A stretch of DNA of 20,000 nt from an uncultured virus (IMG/VR IMGVR_UViG_3300042564_001198) (taxonomy: Duplodnaviria > Heunggongvirae > Uroviricota > Caudoviricetes): the IMG/VR virus record IMGVR_UViG_3300042564_001198; one strand, given 5' to 3'. A model generated the notes under the pieces. The model worked only from the letters and a program-made list of their open reading frames with translations, was not told where the DNA came from and searched no databases. Shown here in pieces: positions 16,395 to 20,000 of the stretch. A program made the position numbers and the translations under genes. Position 1 is the stretch's first letter. Every line of letters begins with the position of its first letter.

Positions 16395-16532
16395 ATGATT
16401 AAAAATTTATGTATTATGATTCCGCTAGGTATTGTGCAATTAATGGCATTAAAACTTGGTTGGTATTTTGCAGCAGGTATGGTGCTAGGGGCTGCTTATC
16501 TGGCTGGGGTTTACTTTGGGGAGAAAGCATAA
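16395..16532 (+). CDS. 45 aa membrane protein (not in ORF track)
   Basis: GAGGAG RBS; MIKNLCIMIPLGIVQLMALKLGWYFAAGMVLGAAYLAGVYFGEKA; TAATG coupling. Confidence 0.7.
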   Translation: MIKNLCIMIPLGIVQLMALKLGWYFAAGMVLGAAYLAGVYFGEKA

Positions 16533-16762
16533 TGCTCTATGAATATCAAACAGATTCATTCATTCTTGCTGTAGAACAATGGCTTGAGCAATTTCGTGGA
16601 GGTAATCCTGTGGATGATAATTTGTTAACACAAATTGACCCAGATTATTTAGCTTATGTTCATTTATCAAGGCAGTATGAATCAGTTCTGCGAGCTAAGA
16701 CAAAACCTACTAAGGTTTTATTATCTGATTTTGAATTAGAAACGTTACAGGAGTTTTTATGA
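16532..16762 (+). CDS. Hypothetical protein (76 aa)
   Basis: Start revised to ATG 16532 (MLYEYQ) after GGAGA. Confidence 0.7.
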   Translation: MLYEYQTDSFILAVEQWLEQFRGGNPVDDNLLTQIDPDYLAYVHLSRQYESVLRAKTKPTKVLLSDFELETLQEFL

Positions 16763-16929
16763 TGTGGTTAAATCATCTACGTTTTACTTTATGTGTTTTA
16801 TTGGTGTTATTTGTATACGTACCTGCTGGGCTACTTATTAAGTTGATTCTGTGGAGTGACAGAGAATCAATTATTACCTACGCAAAACATTTGGTATCAG
16901 AAATGAAAGAAGATATTTATTTCAAATAA
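16759..16929 (+). CDS. 56 aa membrane protein (not in ORF track)
   Basis: CAGGAG RBS, ATGA overlap; MMWLNHLRFTLCVLLVLFVYVPAGLLIKLILW... Confidence 0.65.
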   Translation: MMWLNHLRFTLCVLLVLFVYVPAGLLIKLILWSDRESIITYAKHLVSEMKEDIYFK

Positions 16930-16940
16930 GGAGTAGTTGA

Positions 16941-17747
16941 ATGACTTTAGAGCATGGTGGTGGTCGTAAAGTGCGTGAACGTAAAGTTACACGAGCTAAG
17001 AAGGTAGCTGAGTCTACAGCTAAACCAGAACGTAAAGAAAAGTTTGAGGAAGAACATAAATCTAAGCTGTTTGACTTAAAACCTAAGACACCAGCACAGG
17101 TTCAGTATCTTCAGAACTTGAAATCTAAGCAGCTAAATTTCGCCGTTGGCGCATCAGGTTCGGGCAAGACATTTGTTGCCTGTGTCTATGCCGTGAATAA
17201 GTTCTTAGAAGGGGAGTTTGAACGTATTGTTCTGATCCGACCATACGAATTCGTTGGGCGTACAATCGGGATGCGGCCCGGATCTTCTGATGAAAAACTA
17301 ATGCCTGTGATGCAATCAATGCTTGATCCAATCAAGCAAGTCCTTGGCGCTGGTCAATTTGAATATGCGCTGGAGCATGGTCAAATCATTATGGAAAGCT
17401 TAGAGGATTGTCGCGGACGAAGTTATAAGAAAACAATAATCATTGTAGATGAAGGTTCAAATACAGATGTCAAAGCTATTCAAACACTTGTTACACGTAT
17501 TGACGAAGGTTCTCAGATGATTGTCTGTGGCGATACTGCTTCTTGGCAACAAGACATTAAGGGTGAATCAGGTCTGAAGTTTATCCTAGATTTGATTAAA
17601 AAGCTACGCAAAGAAAGCCCAGAATATTTAGATGGTGAAGATTATGAAAATCTTACCAACAACATCGGTATTGTTACTTTCACCCGAGATGATGTAGTTC
17701 GTTCTGGATTAGCTAAGTTGTTTGTAAAAGCTTTCGATGAAATTTAA
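16941..17747 (+). CDS. phoH: PhoH-like ATPase
   Basis: GASGSGKT, CRGRSY, IIVDEGSN, TRIDEGS..CGD, DVVRSGL. Confidence 0.93.
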   Translation: MTLEHGGGRKVRERKVTRAKKVAESTAKPERKEKFEEEHKSKLFDLKPKTPAQVQYLQNLKSKQLNFAVGASGSGKTFVACVYAVNKFLEGEFERIVLIRPYEFVGRTIGMRPGSSDEKLMPVMQSMLDPIKQVLGAGQFEYALEHGQIIMESLEDCRGRSYKKTIIIVDEGSNTDVKAIQTLVTRIDEGSQMIVCGDTASWQQDIKGESGLKFILDLIKKLRKESPEYLDGEDYENLTNNIGIVTFTRDDVVRSGLAKLFVKAFDEI

Positions 17748-17759
17748 AGGAGAAACACA

Positions 17760-18539
17760 ATGAATAAGAAACCACGTTTCGGGTCAGATTTAGGGAACGG
17801 CATTACACCATTTGTTGTGCTGAGTAGCCCCGCTACTTACAAACACCAAATCTATATCCACAATAACTTAGAGCAACCAGACGAGCTTGTAGCTATTCTA
17901 GACGTATTGTATTCAGCGAGTGAAGATGACCAAGTTACTATTCATTTGAATAGTGGCGGTGGTTCCATTTACTCTCTGGATACGCTCTTGTCAGCTATCG
18001 CTTATTGTCCAGCACACATTCATGTGATTGCTACAGGAAATATTGCATCAGCAGCAACGTTTATCTTGTTGTCGGCAGATAGTTTTGAGATTAGTCCTTA
18101 CGCTTCGCTGTTGTTTCATGCCTGTTCGTTTGGTGTGTACGGCGAGAGCCAAGATAATATCGAATATGTGCAGTTTGTTCATAAAGAAAATGAACGTCTG
18201 ATGCGAGATTATTACAGTAATTTGTTCACTGAAGATGAAATCAATGATATTATCATTAATAAGCGTCAAAAGTGGCTTACGTCTGATGAGTTCTCAGAGC
18301 GATTTGAGAAAGCTAAGAAACTTAGTGAGAAACAACACAAAGAAGCTGTAGACAAAGCTCAGCAAGACTTCCTAGCTTCAATGGAAGCTGATGAACTACC
18401 AGAAGCAATTCTGAAGAAACTAACTAAGCTTCAACTAATTGCTTATATTCAAGGTGATATTATTGTTGAAGTGGGTGAGGATGGCGAGACATTTGAGATT
18501 ATTGAAATCGAAGATGAAGAACCTCCAAAATTACATTGA
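17760..18539 (+). CDS. ClpP-like serine protease
   Basis: IHLNSGGGS, IASAATFILL, LLFH motifs; acidic tail. Confidence 0.85.
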   Translation: MNKKPRFGSDLGNGITPFVVLSSPATYKHQIYIHNNLEQPDELVAILDVLYSASEDDQVTIHLNSGGGSIYSLDTLLSAIAYCPAHIHVIATGNIASAATFILLSADSFEISPYASLLFHACSFGVYGESQDNIEYVQFVHKENERLMRDYYSNLFTEDEINDIIINKRQKWLTSDEFSERFEKAKKLSEKQHKEAVDKAQQDFLASMEADELPEAILKKLTKLQLIAYIQGDIIVEVGEDGETFEIIEIEDEEPPKLH

Positions 18540-18564
18540 CAATAGACAATTAGTTTGATATGAT
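18536..18564 (+). promoter_or_regulatory. Sigma70-like promoter
   Basis: TTGACA-17bp-TATGAT with extended TG; -35 overlaps the TGA stop. Confidence 0.7.
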
Positions 18565-18597
18565 AGCCGCTCTACTGATGTAGGCGGCTTTTATTTT
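18565..18597 (+). terminator. Rho-independent terminator
   Basis: AGCCGC(T)CTAC-TGAT-GTAGGCGGCT then TTTATTTT. Confidence 0.7.
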
Positions 18598-18612
18598 ATG
18601 TGGAGAATGTAT

Positions 18613-18888
18613 ATGAAGAATATTGCTGTAATTGTAAACAATAAAAGAGAGTGGGAGTTTTTCGTTGAAGCATTACAGTTTGCTTTATCGAAAGAGGATG
18701 TACCATACAAAGCAACAGCCAATGACATTGTAGACAAACAGAAAGATGTACGATACTTCCTAGTACCTAATCATTTCAGTGGTATTGAACGTATGCGAGG
18801 TGTCATTGTGAATGATTATATGACTATGGCTAATTTTGTGGATGATGATATTCGTGAATATTTGATGAACTATATGAGAGGAGAATAA
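18613..18888 (+). CDS. Hypothetical protein
   Basis: Start revised to ATG 18613 after GGAG. Confidence 0.7.
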   Translation: MKNIAVIVNNKREWEFFVEALQFALSKEDVPYKATANDIVDKQKDVRYFLVPNHFSGIERMRGVIVNDYMTMANFVDDDIREYLMNYMRGE

Positions 18889-18889
18889 A

Positions 18890-19474
18890 ATGGCTAAAAT
18901 TTTTGTGATGAATTCACCACCAAACACAGGTAAAGATGTCGCAGCAGAGTATATTGCTGAGAAATACCAAGCTCAACACTTGCGATTCAAAGATGGTTTG
19001 TATAAAGTGGCTGCTATGGTGGCTGGGATTGATGTAGAGAGTATGAAATGGTCTGCTACGCAAAGATTGACTAAGGAAACACCACAACCTTATTTTATCA
19101 TAAATGGACTATCAGTTAGTCCTCGACAATGGCTGATTCACTGTTCTGAGAATATTGTAAAACCATTACTAGGTAAAGACTTCTTTGGTAAGCAATTAGC
19201 TCAGTCAATCACATCTGATTTGGTGGTTGCGTCTGACAGTGGTTTTGAATCAGAGATTATTCCTCTGCTTGAAGCAGGACACGATGTATATGTATTCCGT
19301 ATTGAACGTGAGGGTTATACGTTTGCGGGTGATAGTCGTAACTATTTACCAACATCACCGCTGTATAAAACATTCTTAGTGGAGAACAATGGAACACTGG
19401 AACAGTTCTTGAATAAGGTGGGAAGTATTGTGGATGATATTGTTGGAATTAGTGGGGTGTCTGGAAAATGCTAA
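18890..19474 (+). CDS. Deoxynucleoside monophosphate kinase
   Basis: P-loop NSPPNTGKD, SPRQWLI, VASDSGFESE, VENNGTLEQF. Confidence 0.8.
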   Translation: MAKIFVMNSPPNTGKDVAAEYIAEKYQAQHLRFKDGLYKVAAMVAGIDVESMKWSATQRLTKETPQPYFIINGLSVSPRQWLIHCSENIVKPLLGKDFFGKQLAQSITSDLVVASDSGFESEIIPLLEAGHDVYVFRIEREGYTFAGDSRNYLPTSPLYKTFLVENNGTLEQFLNKVGSIVDDIVGISGVSGKC

Positions 19475-19740
19475 CATTAATTGCTACAACAGCAGCATTT
19501 GCTGTATCGACAGCACTGAAGACAGCACAGAGCAGAACTATTGCTTTACGCAACTATAAAGCCGTTCCTGTAATTAGTTATTTCATCGCAGTGCTTGAAC
19601 TTACAGTATATTCAACGGCAATCGGAACAGCTATTGTTACATCGTCTACATGGCCTATCTTCATCCTAGCCATTGGTGCAAGTGTTGGTGCATTAGGTGG
19701 AGTGTATGTTGCAGATTTAATTAGTGAGAGGAATAAATAA
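19468..19740 (+). CDS. Small multi-pass membrane protein
   Basis: 90 aa, three hydrophobic segments. Confidence 0.7.
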   Translation: MLTLIATTAAFAVSTALKTAQSRTIALRNYKAVPVISYFIAVLELTVYSTAIGTAIVTSSTWPIFILAIGASVGALGGVYVADLISERNK

Positions 19741-19931
19741 TGTCATATCACTACACAGACATCGACGATAGACCTCCTATGCGTGTTCCTGATCTATTAG
19801 CAGAACGTAACGCATTGTATGTAATCTTATGTAGCTTTCTGTCTCCTAAAGAGATTGAGGAGTGTATGCAAGAGGTGTATAAAGGTATTTATACCGGAAC
19901 ATATGATACAAATGAAAAAGCCCGCATTTAG
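19740..19931 (+). CDS. Hypothetical protein
   Basis: 63 aa, GAGGA RBS, TAATG coupling. Confidence 0.65.
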   Translation: MSYHYTDIDDRPPMRVPDLLAERNALYVILCSFLSPKEIEECMQEVYKGIYTGTYDTNEKARI

Positions 19932-19944
19932 CGGGCTTTGTTTT
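19915..19944. terminator. Bidirectional rho-independent terminator
   Basis: AAAAAGCCCGC-ATTTA-GCGGGCTTTGTTTT. Confidence 0.8.
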
Positions 19945-20000
19945 ATGTGCAATTTGTAAACTTTGTTTACAATCCAGAAGATAATCTTGTAATCATATAA

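Noticed and set aside
16409..16531. N-terminal 41 aa of the listed 117 aa ORF
   Set aside because: Region is better explained by the 45 aa membrane gene 16395-16532 with a strong RBS; true start is probably 16532
14112..18269. Short minus-strand ORFs in the right arm
   Set aside because: Shadow ORFs of plus-strand genes
16941..19474. PhoH, ClpP-like protease and dNMP kinase as novel content
   Set aside because: Common accessory genes of large lytic phages

Overview
AT-rich lytic tailed-phage DNA; gene order and content resemble rV5/PVP-SE1/ICP1-type myoviruses of gammaproteobacteria (inferred, not searched). The left ~13.3 kb is read on the minus strand. In transcription order it has: an iteron origin with a small RHH gene and an HTH/Rep-like gene, a GIY-YIG nuclease, a nucleotidyltransferase-like gene, the small terminase, a free-standing Zn-finger/GIY-YIG homing endonuclease, large terminase, portal, prohead protease, scaffold, head decoration protein and the first codons of the probable major capsid gene. 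The right ~6.5 kb is read on the plus strand: a CCA/poly(A)-polymerase-like NTase, DNA methyltransferase, PhoH, ClpP-like protease, dNMP kinase and small membrane proteins. Structure missed by the ORF track: (1) two ORF-less group I introns splitting the adjacent terL (inside the Walker A codons) and portal genes, with the homing endonuclease directly upstream; (2) three structured non-coding RNA candidates around terS (~650 nt; ~130 nt with anti-Shine-Dalgarno loops; ~330 nt, possibly pseudoknotted); (3) a plasmid-like replicon with five iterons at 22-23 bp period; (4) several small unlisted genes. All folding and homology calls were made by eye.
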